This document shows, in pieces, positions 27,601-43,150 of a stretch of DNA of 64,000 nt. The notes under the pieces are model-generated. The model did no database searches. It saw only the letters and a list, made by a program, of their open reading frames with translations, and had not been told where the DNA came from. Both the position numbers and the translations under genes were made by a program. Position 1 is the stretch's first letter. Each line of letters begins with the position of its first letter. The DNA is from Eledone cirrhosa (Eukaryota). The DNA is taken from positions 2,294,001 to 2,358,000 of the forward strand of contig OZ024751.1 in the NCBI GenBank assembly GCA_964016885.1, in the 5' to 3' direction.

Positions 27601-30600
27601 CTTCCCTGTTGAACTGTCATGTTGAACTTTCTCTGTTGAACTGTCATGTTGAACCTTCCCTGTTTAACTGTCATGCTGAACCTTCTCTGTTGAATTGTCA
27701 TATTGAACTTTCTCTGTTGAACTGTCATGCTGAACCTTCCCTGTTGAACTGTCAGGCTGAACCTTCCTTGTTGAGCTGTCATGTTGAACCTTCTCTTATG
27801 AACTGTCATATTGAACCTTCTATGTTGAATTGTCATGTTGAACCTTCTCTGATGAACTGTCATGTTGAACCTTCTCTGTTGAACTGTCATATTGAACCTC
27901 CCATGTTGAAATGTCATGTTGAACCTTCTCTGTTGAACTGTCATGCTGAACCTTCCCTGTTGAACTATCATATTTAACTTTCTCTGTTGAACTGTCATGT
28001 TGAACCTACTCTGTTGAACTGTCATGCTGAATCTTCCCTGTTGAACTGTCATGCTGAACCTTCCCTGTTTAACTGTCATATTGAACTTTCTCTGTTGGAC
28101 TGTCATGCTGAAGCTTCCCTGTTGAACTGTCATGCTGAACCTTCCTTATTGAACTGTCATGCTGAACCTTCTCTGTTGAACTGTCATATTGAACCTTCCC
28201 TGTTGAACTGTCATGTTGAACCTTCTCTGTTAAACTGTCATATTGAACTTTCTCTGTTGAACTGTCATGCTGAACCTTCCTTGTTGAGCTGTCATGTTGA
28301 ACCTTCTCTGTTGTACTGTCATGTTGAACTGTCATGTTGAACCTTCTCTGTTGAACTGTCATATTGAACCTTCTCTTTTGAACTGTCATGCTGGACATTC
28401 TCTGTTGAACTGTCATATTGAACCTTCTCCGTATAACTGTCATATTGAACCTTCTCAGTTTAACTGTCATATTGAACTTTCTCTGTTGAACTGTCATGCT
28501 GAACCTTCCCTGTTGAACTGTCATGTTGAACTTTCTCTGTTGAACTGTCATACTGAACCTTCTCTATTTAACTGTCATATTGAACTTTCTCTGTTGAACT
28601 GTCATGCTGAACCTTCGTTGTTGAGCCGTCATGTTGAACCTTCTCTGTTGAACTGTCGTGTTGAACTGGTATGTTGAACCTTCTCTGTTGACTGTCATAT
28701 TGAACCTTATCTGTTGAACTGTCATGTTGGACCTTCTTTGTTGAACTGTCATGTTGAACCTTCTGTGTTTAACTGTCATATTGAACTTTCTCTGTTGAAC
28801 TGTGATCCTGAACCTTCCTTGTTGAACTGTCATGTTGAACCTTCTCTGTTGAACTGTCATGTTGGACCTTCTCTGTTGCACTGTCATATTGAACTTTCTC
28901 TGTTGAAATGTCATGTTGAACCTTCTCTGTTGAACTGTCATATTGAACCTTCTCTGTTGAACTGTCATGCTGAACCTTCCCTGTTGAACTGTCATGTTGA
29001 TCTTTCTCTGTTGAACTGTCATACTGAAGCTTCTCTGTTGAACTGTCATATTGAACCTTCCATGTTGAACTGTCATGTTGGACCTTCCCTGTTTAACTGT
29101 CATATTGAACCTTCCCTGTTGAATTGTCGTATTGAACTTTTCCTGTTGAACTGTCATGCTGAACCTTCCCTGTTTAACTGTCATATTGAACTTTCTCTGT
29201 TGAACTGTCATGCTGAACCTTCTGTGTTTAACTGTGATATTGAACTTTCTCTGTTGAACTGTCATACTGAAGCTTCTCTGTTGAACTGTCATATTGAACT
29301 TTCCCTGTTGAACTGTCATGTTGTACCTTCCCTGTTTAACTGTCATATTGAACCTTCCCTGTTGAACTGTCATATTGAACTTTCTCTGTTGAACTGTCAT
29401 GATGAACCTTCCCTGTTTAACTGTAATGCTGAACCTTCCCTGTTGAACTGTCATGCTTAACCTTCCCTGTTTAACTGTCATATTGAACTTACTCTGTTGA
29501 ACTGTCATGCTGAACCTTCCCTGTTGAACTGTCATTTTGAACTTTCTCTGTTGAACTGTCATACTGAAGCTTCTCTGTTGAATTGTCATATTGAACCTTC
29601 CCTGTTGAACTGTCTTGTTGGACCTTCCCTGTTTAACTGTCATATTGAACCTTCCCTGTTGAACTGTCATATTGAACTTTCTCTGTTGAACTGTCATGCT
29701 GAACCTTCCCTGTTTAACTGTAATGCTAAACCTTCTCTGTTGAACTGTCATATTGAACTTTCTCTGTTGAACTGTCATGCTGAACCTTCCCTGTTGAACT
29801 GTCATGCTGAACCTTCCCGGTTGAACTGTCATATTGAACTTTCTCTGTTGAACTGTCATGTTGAACCTACTCTGTTGAACTGTCATGCTGAACCTTCTCT
29901 GTTGAACTGTCATATTGAACCTTCCCTTTGAACTGTCATGTTCAACCTTTTCTGTTTAACTGTCATATTGAACTTTCTTTGTTGTACTGTCATACTGAAC
30001 CTTCCCTGTTGAACTGTCATGTTGAACTTTCTCTGTTGAACTGTCATACTGAACCTTCTCTGTTGAACTGTCATATTGAACCTTCCTTGTTGAACTGTCA
30101 TGTTGAACCTTCTCTGTTAAACTGTCATATTGAACTTTCTCTGTTGAACAGTCATGCTGAACCTTCCTTGTTGAGCTGTCTGTTGAACCTTCTCTGTTGT
30201 ACTGTCATGTTGAACTGTCATGTTGAACCTTCTCTGTTGAACTGTCATGCTGAACCTTCCCTGTTGAACTGTCATGTTGAACTTTCTCTGTTGAACTGTC
30301 ATACTGAAGCTTCTCTGTTGAACTGTCATATTGAACCTTCCATGTTGAACTGTCATGTTGGACCTTCCCTGTTTAACTGTCATATTGAACCTTCCCTGTT
30401 GAATTGTCATATTGAACTTTCCCTGTTGAACTGTCATGCTGAACCTTCCCTGTTTAACTGTCGTATTGAACTTTCTCGGTTGAACTGTCATGCTGAACCT
30501 TCCCTGTTGAACTGTGATATTGAACTTTCTCTGTTGAACTGTCATATTGAACTTTCCCTGTTGAACTGTCATGTTGTACCTTCCCTGTTTAACTGTCATA

Positions 30601-32610
30601 TTGAACCTTCTCTGTTGAACTGTCATATTAAACTTTCTCTGTTGAACTGTCATGATGAACCTTCCCTGTTTAACTGTAATGCTGAACCTTCCCTGTTGAA
30701 CTGTCATGCTTAACCTTCCCTGTTTAACTGTCATATTGAACTTACTCTGTTGAACTGTCATGCTGAACCTTCCCTGTTGAACTGTCATGTTGAACTTTCT
30801 CTGTTGAACTGTCATACTGAAGCTTCTCTGTTGAATTGTCATATTGAACCTTCCCTGTTGAACTGTCTTGTTGGACCTTCCCTGTTTAACTGTCATATTG
30901 AACCTTCCCTGTTGAACTGTCATATTGAACTTTCTCTGTTGAACTGTCATGCTGAACCTTCCCTGTTTAACTGTAATGCTAAACCTTCTCTGTTGAACTG
31001 TCATATTGAACTTTCTCTGTTGAACTGTCATGCTGAACCATCCCTGTTGAACTGTCATGCTGAACCTTCCCGGTTTAACTGTCATATTGAACTTTCTCTG
31101 TTAAACTGTCATGTTGAACCTTCTCTATTGAACTGTCATATTGGACCTTCCCTGTTTAACTCATATTGAACCTTCCCTGTTTAACTGTCATGTTGAACCT
31201 TCCCTGTTTAACTGTCATGCTGAACCTTCTCTGTTGAACTGTCATATTGAACTTTCTCTGTTGAACTGTCATGCTGAAGCTTCCCTGTTGAACTGTCATG
31301 CTGAACCTTCCTTGTTGAGCCGTCATGTTGAATCTTCTCTGTTGAACTGTCGTGTAGAACTGGTATGTTGAACCTTCTCTGTTGACTGTCATATTGAACC
31401 TTCTCTGTTGATCTGTCATATTGAACCTTCTCTGTTGAACTGTCATACTGGACATTCTCTGTTGAACTGTCATATTGAACCTTCTCTGTATAACTGTCAT
31501 ATTGAACCTTCTTAGTTTAACTGTCATATTGATCTTTCTCTGTTGAACTGTCATATGGAACCTTCCATGTTCAACTCTCATGTAGAACCTTCTCTGTTTA
31601 ACTGTCATATTGAACTTTCCCTGTTGAACTGTCATGCTGAACCTTCCTTGTTGAACTGTCATGTTGAACCTTCTCTGTTGAAATGTCATGTTGAACCTTC
31701 AATGTTGAACTGTCATATTGAACCTTCTCTGTTGAACTGTCATGTTGAACCTTCTCTGTTGAACTGTCATATTGAACCTTCCCTGTTCAACTGTCATGTT
31801 GAACCTTCTCTGTTTAACTGTCATATTGAACTTTCTCTGTTGAACTGTCATGCTGAACCTTCCTTGTTGAACTGTCATGTTGAACCTTCTGTGTTGAACT
31901 GTCATAATGAACCTTCCCTGTTGAACTGTCATGTTGGACCTTCCCTGTTTAACTGTCATATTGAACCTTCTCTGTTAAACTGTCATGCTGAACCTTCCCT
32001 GTTGAACTATCAGATTGAACTTTCTCTGTTGAACTGTCATGCTGAACCTTCTCTGTTTAACTGTCATATTGAACCTTCTCTGTAGAAATGCCATATTGAA
32101 CCTTCTCTGTTTAACTGTCATATTTAACTTTCTCTGATGAACTGTCATGCTGAACCTTCCCTGTTGAACTGTCATGTTGAACTTTCTCTGTTGAACTGTC
32201 ATGTTGAACCTTCCCTGTTTAACTGTCATGCTGAACCTTCTCTGTTGAATTGTCATATTGAACTTTCTCTGTTGAACTGTCATGCTGAACCTTCCCTGTT
32301 GAACTGTCAGGCTGAACCTTCCTTGTTGAGCTGTCATGTTGAACCTTCTCTTATGAACTGTCATATTGAACCTTCTATGTTGAATTGTCATGTTGAACCT
32401 TCTCTGATGAACTGTCATGTTGAACCTTCTCTGTTGAACTGTCATATTGAACCTCCCATGTTGAAATGTCATGTTGAACCTTCTCTGTTGAACTGTCATG
32501 CTGAACCTTCCCTGTTGAACTATCATATTTAACTTTCTCTGTTGAACTGTCATGTTGAACCTACTCTGTTGAACTGTCATGCTGAATCTTCCCTGTTGAA
32601 CTGTCATGCT
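18650..32610. repeat. Three tandem copies of a 4.3-4.9 kb higher-order unit, junctions near 23.5-23.8 kb and 28.2 kb
   Basis: Copy 2 vs copy 3 has constant offset 4339 over 23955/28294 to 27204/31543, then 4555 (8-monomer indel). Copy 1 vs copy 2 has offsets 4866, 4906, 4878 and 4662 (19089/23955, 19469/24375, 21924/26802, 22920/27582). Confidence 0.88.
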
Positions 32611-35600
32611 GAACCTTCCCTGTTCAACTGTCATGTTGAACCTTCTCTGTTTAACTGTCATATTGAACTTTCCCTGCTGAACTGGCATGCTGGACCTTTC
32701 CCTGTTGAACTGTCATGCTGAACCTTCCCTGTTTAACTGTCATGCTGAACCTTCTCTGTTGAACTGTCATGTTGGACCTTCTCTGTTTAACTGTCATATT
32801 GAACCTTCTCTGTTTAACTGTCATATTGAACTTTCTCTGTTGAACTGTCATGCTGAAGCTTCCCTGTTGAACTGTCATGCTGAACCTTCCCTGTTTAACT
32901 GTCATATTGAACCTTCCCTTTGAACTGTCATGTTGAACCTTCTCTGTTTAACTGTCATAATGAACTTTCTCTGTTGTACTGTCATACTGAACCTTCCCTG
33001 TTGAACTGTCATGTTGAACTTTCTCTGTTGAACTGTCATACTGAACCTTCTCTGTTGAACTGTCATATTGAACCTTCCCTGTTGAACTGTCATGTTGAAC
33101 CTTCTCTGTTTAACTGTCATATTTAACTTTCTCTGTTGAACTGTCATGCTGAACCTTCCTTGTTGAGCTGTCATGTTGAACCTTCTCTGTTGTACTGTCA
33201 TGTTGAACCTTCTATGTTGAACTGTCATATTGAACCTTCTCTTTTGAACTGTCATGCTGGACATTCTCTGTTGAACTGTCATATTGAACCTTCTCCGTAT
33301 AACTGTCATATTGAACCTTCTCAGTTTAACTGTCATATTGAACTTTCTCTGTTGAATTGTCATGCTGAACCTTCCCTGTTGAACTGTCATGTTGAACTTT
33401 CTCTGTTGAACTGTCATACTGAACCTTCTCTGTTTGACTGTCATATTGAACTTTCTCTGTTGAACTGTCATGCTGAACCTTCCTTGTTGAGCCGTCATGT
33501 TGAACCTTCTCTTTTGAACTGTCATATTGAACTTTCTCTGTTGAACTGTCATGCTGAACCTTCCCTGTTGAACTGTCATGCTGAACCTTCCCGGTTTAAC
33601 TGTCATATTGAACTTTCTCTGTTGAACTGTCATGTTGAACCTTCTCTGTTGAACTGTCATATTGGACCTTCCCTGTTTAACTCATATTGAACCTTGCCTG
33701 TTTAACTGTCATGTTGAACCTTCCCTGTTTAACTGTCATGCTGAACCTTCTCTGTTGAACTGTCATATTGAACTTTCTCTGTTGAACTGTCATGCTGAAG
33801 CTTCCCTGTTGAACTGTCATGCTGAACCTTCCTTGTTGAGCCGTCATGTTGAACCTTCTCTGTTGAACTGTCGTGTAGAACTGCTATGTTGAACCTTCTC
33901 TGTTGACTGTCATATTGAACCTTCTCTGTTGAACTGTCATATTGAACCTTCTCTGTTGAACTGTCATGCTGGACATTCTCTGTTGAACTGTCATATTGAA
34001 CCTTCTCTGTATAACTGTCATATTGAACCTTCTCAGTTTAACTGTCATATTGAACTTTCTCTGTTGAACTGTCATATGGAACCTTCCATGTTCAACTCTA
34101 ATGTAGAACCTTCTCTGTTTAACTGTCATATTGAACTTTCCCTGTTGAACTGTCATGCTGAATCTTCCTTGTTGAACTGTCATGTTGAACCTTCTCTGTT
34201 GAAATGTCATGTTGAACCTTCAATGTTGAACTGTCATATTGAACCTTCTCTGTTGAACTGTCATGTTGAACCTTCTCTTTTGAACTGTCATATTGAGCCT
34301 TCTCTGTTGAACTGTCATGTTGAACCTTCTCTGTTGAACTGTCATATTGAACCTTCCCTGTTCAACTGTCATGTTGAACCTTCTTAGTTTAACTGTCATA
34401 TTGATCTTTCTCTGTTGAACTGTCATATGGAACCTTCCATGTTCAACTCTCATGTAGAACCTTCTCTGTTTAACTGTCATATTGAACTTTCCCTGTTGAA
34501 CTGTCATGCTGAACCTTCCTTGTTGAACTGTCATGTTGAACCTTCTCTGTTGAAATGTCATGTTGAACCTTCAATGTTGAACTGTCATATTGAACCTTCT
34601 CTGTTGAACTGTCATGTTGAACCTTCTCTGTTGAACTGTCATATTGAACCTTCCCTGTTCAACTGTCATGTTGAACCTTCTCTGTTTAACTGTCATATTG
34701 AACTTTCTCTGTTGAACTGTCATGCTGAACCTTCCTTGTTGAACTGTCATGTTGAACCTTCTGTGTTGAACTGTCATAATGAACCTTCCCTGTTGAACTG
34801 TCATGTTGGACCTTCCCTGTTTAACTGTCATATTGAACCTTCTCTGTTAAACTGTCATGCTGAACCTTCCCTGTTGAACTATCAGATTGAACTTTCTCTG
34901 TTGAACTGTCATGCTGAACCTTCTCTGTTTAACTGTCATATTGAACCTTCTCTGTAGAAATGCCATATTGAACCTTCTCTGTTTAACTGTCATATTTAAC
35001 TTTCTCTGATGAACTGTCATGCTGAACCTTCCCTGTTGAACTGTCATGTTGAACTTTCTCTGTTGAACTGTCATGTTGAACCTTCCCTGTTTAACTGTCA
35101 TGCTGAACCTTCTCTGTTGAATTGTCATATTGAACTTTCTCTGTTGAACTGTCATGCTGAACCTTCCCTGTTGAACTGTCAGGCTGAACCTTCCTTGTTG
35201 AGCTGTCATGTTGAACCTTCTCTTATGAACTGTCATATTGAACCTTCTATGTTGAATTGTCATGTTGAACCTTCTCTGATGAACTGTCATGTTGAACCTT
35301 CTCTGTTGAACTGTCATATTGAACCTCCCATGTTGAAATGTCATGTTGAACCTTCTCTGTTGAACTGTCATGCTGAACCTTCCCTGTTGAACTATCATAT
35401 TTAACTTTCTCTGTTGAACTGTCATGTTGAACCTACTCTGTTGAACTGTCATGCTGAATCTTCCCTGTTGAACTGTCATGCTGAACCTTCCCTGTTTAAC
35501 TGTCATATTGAACTTTCTCTGTTGGACTGTCATGCTGAAGCTTCCCTGTTGAACTGTCATGCTGAACCTTCCTTATTGAACTGTCATGCTGAACCTTCTC

Positions 35601-37530
35601 TGTTGAACTATCATATTGAACTTTCACTGTTGAACTGTCATGTTGAACCTACTCTGTTGAACTGTCATGCTGAAACTTCCTTGTCGAGCTGTCATGTTGA
35701 ACCTTCTCTGTTGAACTGTCATGTTGAACTGTCATGTTGAACCTTCTCTGTTGAACTGTCATATTGAACCTTCCCTGTTCAACTGTCATGTTGAACCTTC
35801 TCTGTTTAACTGTCATATTGAACTTTCCCTGCTGAACTGGCATGCTGGACCTTTCCCTGTTGAACTGTCATGCTGAACCTTCCCTGTTTAACTGTCATGC
35901 TGAACCTTCTCTGTTGAACTGTCATGTTGGACCTTCTCTGTTTAACTGTCATATTGAACCTTCTCTGTTTAACTGTCATATTGAACTTTCTCTGTTGAAC
36001 TGTCATGCTGAAGCTTCCCTGTTGAACTGTCATGCTGAACCTTCCCTGTTTAACTGTCATATTGAACCTTCCCTTTGAACTGTCATGTTGAACCTTCTCT
36101 GTTTAACTGTCATAATGAACTTTCTCTGTTGTACTGTCATACTGAACCTTCCCTGTTGAACTGTCATGTTGAACTTTCTCTGTTGAACTGTCATACTGAA
36201 CCTTCTCTGTTGAACTGTCATATTGAACCTTCCCTGTTGAACTGTCATGTTGAACCTTCTCTGTTTAACTGTCATATTTAACTTTCTCTGTTGAACTGTC
36301 ATGCTGAACCTTCCTTGTTGAGCTGTCATGTTGAACCTTCTCTGTTGTACTGTCATGTTGAACCTTCTATGTTGAACTGTCATATTGAACCTTCTCTTTT
36401 GAACTGTCATGCTGGACATTCTCTGTTGAACTGTCATATTGAACCTTCTCCGTATAACTGTCATATTGAACCTTCTCAGTTTAACTGTCATATTGAACTT
36501 TCTCTGTTGAATTGTCATGCTGAACCTTCCCTGTTGAACTGTCATGTTGAACTTTCTCTGTTGAACTGTCATACTGAACCTTCTCTGTTTGACTGTCATA
36601 TTGAACTTTCTCTGTTGAACTGTCATGCTGAACCTTCCTTGTTGAGCCGTCATGTTGAACCTTCTCTTTTGAACTGTCATATTGAACTTTCTCTGTTGAA
36701 CTGTCATGCTGAACCTTCCCTGTTGAACTGTCATGCTGAACCTTCCCGGTTTAACTGTCATATTGAACTTTCTCTGTTGAACTGTCATGTTGAACCTTCT
36801 CTGTTGAACTGTCATATTGGACCTTCCCTGTTTAACTCATATTGAACCTTGCCTGTTTAACTGTCATGTTGAACCTTCCCTGTTTAACTGTCATGCTGAA
36901 CCTTCTCTGTTGAACTGTCATATTGAACTTTCTCTGTTGAACTGTCATGCTGAAGCTTCCCTGTTGAACTGTCATGCTGAACCTTCCTTGTTGAGCCGTC
37001 ATGTTGAACCTTCTCTGTTGAACTGTCGTGTAGAACTGCTATGTTGAACCTTCTCTGTTGACTGTCATATTGAACCTTCTCTGTTGAACTGTCATATTGA
37101 ACCTTCTCTGTTGAACTGTCATGCTGGACATTCTCTGTTGAACTGTCATATTGAACCTTCTCTGTATAACTGTCATATTGAACCTTCTCAGTTTAACTGT
37201 CATATTGAACTTTCTCTGTTGAACTGTCATATGGAACCTTCCATGTTCAACTCTCATGTAGAACCTTCTCTGTTTAACTGTCATATTGAACTTTCCCTGT
37301 TGAACTGTCATGCTGAATCTTCCTTGTTGAACTGTCATGTTGAACCTTCTCTGTTGAAATGTCATGTTGAACCTTCAATGTTGAACTGTCATATTGAACC
37401 TTCTCTGTTGAACTGTCATGTTGAACCTTCTCTTTTGAACTGTCATATTGAGCCTTCTCTGTTGAACTGTCATGTTGAACCTTCTCTGTTGAACTGTCAT
37501 ATTGAACCTTCCCTGTTCAACTGTCATGTT
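31500..37530. repeat. Tandem duplication of about 3 kb (offset 2872, then 3155; the 283-bp difference equals 10 monomers +13)
   Basis: ORF offsets 31543/34415 and 32137/35009 are 2872. Offsets 32687/35842, 33136/36291 and 33929/37084 are 3155. The +1 variant ggacctttccct is shared at about 32692 and 35847. Confidence 0.88.
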
Positions 37531-40500
37531 GAACCTTCTCTGTTTAACTGTCATATTGAACTTTCTCTGTTGAACTGTCATGCTGAACCTTCCTTGTTGA
37601 ACTGTCATGTTGAACCTTCTGTGTTGAACTGTCATAATGAACCTTCCCTGTTGAACTGTCATGTTGGACCTTCCCTGTTTAACTGTCATATTGAACCTTC
37701 TCTGTTAAACTGTCATGCTGAACCTTCCCTGTTGAACTATCAGATTGAACTTTCTCTGTTGAACTGTCATGCTGAACCTTCTCTGTTTAACTGTCATATT
37801 GAACCTTCTCTGTAGAAATGCCATATTGAACCTTCTCTGTTTAACTGTCATATTTAACTTTCTCTGTTGAACTGTCATGCTGAACCTTCCCTGTTGAACT
37901 GTCATGTTGGACCTTCTCTGTTGCACTGTCATATTGAACTTTCTCTGTTGAAATGTCATGTTGAACCTTCTCTGTTGAACTGTCATATTGAACCTTCTCT
38001 GTTGAACTGTCATGTTGAACCTTCTCTGTTGAACTGTCATATTGAACCTTCTCTGTTGAATTGTCATGTTGAACCTTCTCTGTTGAACTGTCATATTGAA
38101 CCTTCCCTGTTCAACTGTCATATTGAACCTTCTCGGTAGAACTGTGATAGAGATCCTTCTCTGTTTAACTGTCATATTGAACTTTCTCTGTTGAACTGTC
38201 ATGCTGAACCTTCCCTGTTGAACTGTCATGTTGAACTTTCTCTGTTGAACTGTCATACTGAAGCTTCTCTGTTGAACTGTCATATTGAACCTTCCATGTT
38301 GAACTGTCATGTTGGACCTTCCCTGTTTAACTGTCATATTGAACCTTCCCTGTTGAATTGTCATATTGAACTTTCCCTGTTGAACTGTCATGCTGAACCT
38401 TCCCTGTTTAACTGTCATATTGAACTTTCTCTGTTGAACTGTCATGCTGAACCTTCCCTGTTGAACTGTGATATTGAACTTTCTCTGTTGAACTGTCATA
38501 CTGAAGCTTCTCTGTTGAACTGTCATATTGAACTTTCCCTGTTGAACTGTCATGTTGGACCTTCCCTGTTTAACTGTCATATTGAACCTTCTCTGTTGAA
38601 CTGTCATATTGAACTTTCTCTGTTGAACTGTCATGATGAACCTTCCCTGTTTAACTGTAATGCTGAACCTTCCCTGTTGAACTGTCATGCTGAACCTTCC
38701 CTGTTGAACTGTCATGCTTAACCTTCCCTGTTTAACTGTCATATTGAACTTACTCTGTTGAACTGTCATGCTGAATCTTCCTTGTTGAACTGTCATGTTG
38801 AACCTTCTCTGTTGAAATGTCATGTTGAACCTTCAATGTTGAACTGTCATATTGAACCTTCTCTGTTGAACTGTCATGTTGAACCTTCTCTTTTGAACTG
38901 TCATATTGAACCTTCTCTGTTGAACTGTCATGTTGAACCTTCTCTGTTGAACTGTCATATTGAACCTTCCCTGTTCAACTGTCATGTTGAACCTTCTCTG
39001 TTTAACTGTCATATTGAACTTTCTCTGTTGAACTGTCATGCTGAACCTTCCTTGTTGAACTGTCATGTTGAACCTTCTGTGTTGAACTGTCATAATGAAC
39101 CTTCCCTGTTGAACTGTCATGTTGGACCTTCCCTGTTTAACTGTCATATTGAACCTTCTCTGTTAAACTGTCATGCTGAACCTTCCCTGTTGAACTATCA
39201 GATTGAACTTTCTCTGTTGAACTGTCATGCTGAACCTTCTCTGTTTAACTGTCATATTGAACCTTCTCTGTAGAAATGCCATATTGAACCTTCTCTGTTT
39301 AACTGTCATATTTAACTTTCTCTGATGAACTGTCATGCTGAACCTTCCCTGTTGAACTGTCATGTTGAACTTTCTCTGTTGAACTGTCATGTTGAACCTT
39401 CCCTGTTTAACTGTCATGCTGAACCTTCTCTGTTGAATTGTCATATTGAACTTTCTCTGTTGAACTGTCATGCTGAACCTTCCCTGTTGAACTGTCAGGC
39501 TGAACCTTCCTTGTTGAGCTGTCATGTTGAACCTTCTCTTATGAACTGTCATATTGAACCTTCTATGTTGAATTGTCATGTTGAACCTTCTCTGATGAAC
39601 TGTCATGTTGAACCTTCTCTGTTGAACTGTCATATTGAACCTCCCATGTTGAAATGTCATGTTGAACCTTCTCTGTTGAACTGTCATGCTGAACCTTCCC
39701 TGTTGAACTATCATATTTAACTTTCTCTGTTGAACTGTCATGTTGAACCTACTCTGTTGAACTGTCATGCTGAATCTTCCCTGTTGAACTGTCATGCTGA
39801 ACCTTCCCTGTTTAACTGTCATATTGAACTTTCTCTGTTGGACTGTCATGCTGAAGCTTCCCTGTTGAACTGTCATGCTGAACCTTCCTTATTGAACTGT
39901 CATGCTGAACCTTCTCTGTTGAACTATCATATTGAACTTTCACTGTTGAACTGTCATGTTGAACCTACTCTGTTGAACTGTCATGCTGAAACTTCCTTGT
40001 CGAGCTGTCATGTTGAACCTTCTCTGTTGAACTGTCATGTTGAACTGTCATGTTGAACCTTCTCTGTTGAACTGTCATATTGAACCTTCCCTGTTCAACT
40101 GTCATGTTGAACCTTCTCTGTTTAACTGTCATATTGAACTTTCCCTGCTGAACTGGCATGCTGGACCTTCCCTGTTGAACTGTCATGCTGAACCTTCCCT
40201 GTTTAACTGTCATGCTGAACGTTCTCTGTTGAACTGTCATGTTGGACCTTCTCTGTTTAACTGTCATATTGAACCTTCTCTGTTTAACTGTCATATTGAA
40301 CTTTCTCTGTTGAACTGTCATGCTGAAGCTTCCCTGTTGAACTGTCATGCTGAACCTTCCCTGTTTAACTGTCATATTGAACTTTCTCTGTTGAACTCTC
40401 ATGCTGACGCTTCCCTGTTGAACTATCATATTGAACTTTCTCTGTTGAAATGTCATGTTGAACCTACTCTGTTGAACTGTCATGCTGAACCTTCTCTGTT

Positions 40501-43150
40501 GAACTGTCATATTGAACCTTCCCTTTGAACTGTCATGTTGAACCTTCTCTGTTTAACTGTCATAATGAACTTTCTCTGTTGTACTGTCATACTGAACCTT
40601 CCCTGTTGAACTGTCATGTTGAACTTTCTCTGTTGAACTGTCATACTGAACCTTCTCTGTTGAACTGTCATATTGAACCTTCCCTGTTGAACTGTCATGT
40701 TGAACCTTCTCTGTTTAACTGTCATATTTAACTTTCTCTGTTGAACTGTCATGCTGAACCTTCCTTGTTGAGCTGTCATGTTGAACCTTCTCTGTTGTAC
40801 TGTCATGTTGAACCTTCTATGTTGAACTGTCATATTGAACCTTCTCTTTTGAACTGTCATGCTGGACATTCTCTGTTGAACTGTCATATTGAACCTTCTC
40901 CGTATAACTGTCATATTGAACCTTCTCAGTTTAAGCGTCATATTGAACTTTCTCTGTTGAATTGTCATGCTGAACCTTCCCTGTTGAACTGTCATGTTGA
41001 ACTTTCTCTGTTGAACTGTCATACTGAACCTTCTCTGTTTGACTGTCATATTGAACTTTCTCTGTTGAACTGTCATGCTGAACCTTCCTTGTTGAGCCGT
41101 CATGTTGAACCTTCTCTTTTGAACTGTCATATTGAACTTTCTCTGTTGAACTGTCATGCTGAACCTTCCCTGTTGAACTGTCATGCTGAACCTTCCCGGT
41201 TTAACTGTCATATTGAACTTTCTCTGTTGAACTGTCATGTTGAACCTTCTCTGTTGAACTGTCATATTGGACCTTCCCTGTTTAACTCATATTGAACCTT
41301 GCCTGTTTAACTGTCATGTTGAACCTTCCCTGTTTAACTGTCATGCTGAACCTTCTCTGTTGTACTGTCATATTGAACTTTCTCTGTTGAACTGTCATGC
41401 TGAAGCTTCCCTGTTGAACTGTCATGCTGAACCTTCCTTGTTGAGCCGTCATGTTGAACCTTCTCTGTTGAACTGTCGTGTAGAACTGCTATGTTGAACC
41501 TTCTCTGTTGACTGTCATATTGAACCTTCTCTGTTGAACTGTCATATTGAACCTTCTCTGTTGAACTGTCATGCTGGACATTCTCTGTTGAACTGTCATA
41601 TTGAACCTTCTCTGTATAACTGTCATATTGAACCTTCTCAGTTTAACTGTCATATTGAACTTTCTCTGTTGAACTGTCATATGGAACCTTCCATGTTCAA
41701 CTCTCATGTAGAACCTTCTCTGTTTAACTGTCATATTGAACTTTCCCTGTTGAACTGTCATGCTGAATCTTCCTTGTTGAACTGTCATGTTGAACCTTCT
41801 CTGTTGAAATGTCATGTTGAACCTTCAATGTTGAACTGTCATATTGAACCTTCTCTGTTGAACTGTCATGTTGAACCTTCTCTTTTGAACTGTCATATTG
41901 AGCCTTCTCTGTTGAACTGTCATGTTGAACCTTCTCTGTTGAACTGTCATATTGAACCTTCCCTGTTCAACTGTCATGTTGAACCTTCTCTGTTTAACTG
42001 TCATATTGAACTTTCTCTGTTGAACTGTCATGCTGAACCTTCCTTGTTGAACTGTCATGTTGAACCTTCTGTGTTGAACTGTCATAATGAACCTTCCCTG
42101 TTGAACTGTCATGTTGGACCTTCCCTGTTTAACTGTCATATTGAACCTTCTCTGTTAAACTGTCATGCTGAACCTTCCCTGTTGAACTATCAGATTGAAC
42201 TTTCTCTGTTGAACTGTCATGCTGAACCTTCTCTGTTTAACTGTCATATTGAACCTTCTCTGTAGAAATGCCATATTGAACCTTCTCTGTTTAACTGTCA
42301 TATTTAACTTTCTCTGTTGAACTGTCATGCTGAACCTTCCCTGTTGAACTGTCATGTTGGACCTTCTCTGTTGCACTGTCATATTGAACTTTCTCTGTTG
42401 AAATGTCATGTTGAACCTTCTCTGTTGAACTGTCATATTGAACCTTCTCTGTTGAACTGTCATGTTGAACCTTCTCTGTTGAACTGTCATATTGAACCTT
42501 CTCTGTTGAATTGTCATGTTGAACCTTCTCTGTTGAACTGTCATATTGAACCTTCCCTGTTCAACTGTCATATTGAACCTTCTCGGTAGAACTGTGATAG
42601 AGATCCTTCTCTGTTTAACTGTCATATTGAACTTTCTCTGTTGAACTGTCATGCTGAACCTTCCCTGTTGAACTGTCATGTTGAACTTTCTCTGTTGAAC
42701 TGTCATACTGAAGCTTCTCTGTTGAACTGTCATATTGAACCTTCCATGTTGAACTGTCATGTTGGACCTTCCCTGTTTAACTGTCATATTGAACCTTCCC
42801 TGTTGAATTGTCATATTGAACTTTCCCTGTTGAACTGTCATGCTGAACCTTCCCTGTTTAACTGTCATATTGAACTTTCTCTGTTGAACTGTCATGCTGA
42901 ACCTTCCCTGTTGAACTGTGATATTGAACTTTCTCTGTTGAACTGTCATACTGAAGCTTCTCTGTTGAACTGTCATATTGAACTTTCCCTGTTGAACTGT
43001 CATGTTGGACCTTCCCTGTTTAACTGTCATATTGAACCTTCTCTGTTGAACTGTCATATTGAACTTTCTCTGTTGAACTGTCATGATGAACCTTCCCTGT
43101 TTAACTGTAATGCTGAACCTTCCCTGTTGAACTGTCATGCTGAACCTTCC
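34500..43150. repeat. Tandem duplication of 4.3-4.45 kb overlapping the previous one
   Basis: ORF offsets 35009/39325 and 35414/39730 are 4316. Offsets 36075/40525, 36817/41267, 37084/41534, 37867/42317 and 38191/42641 are 4450. Confidence 0.88.
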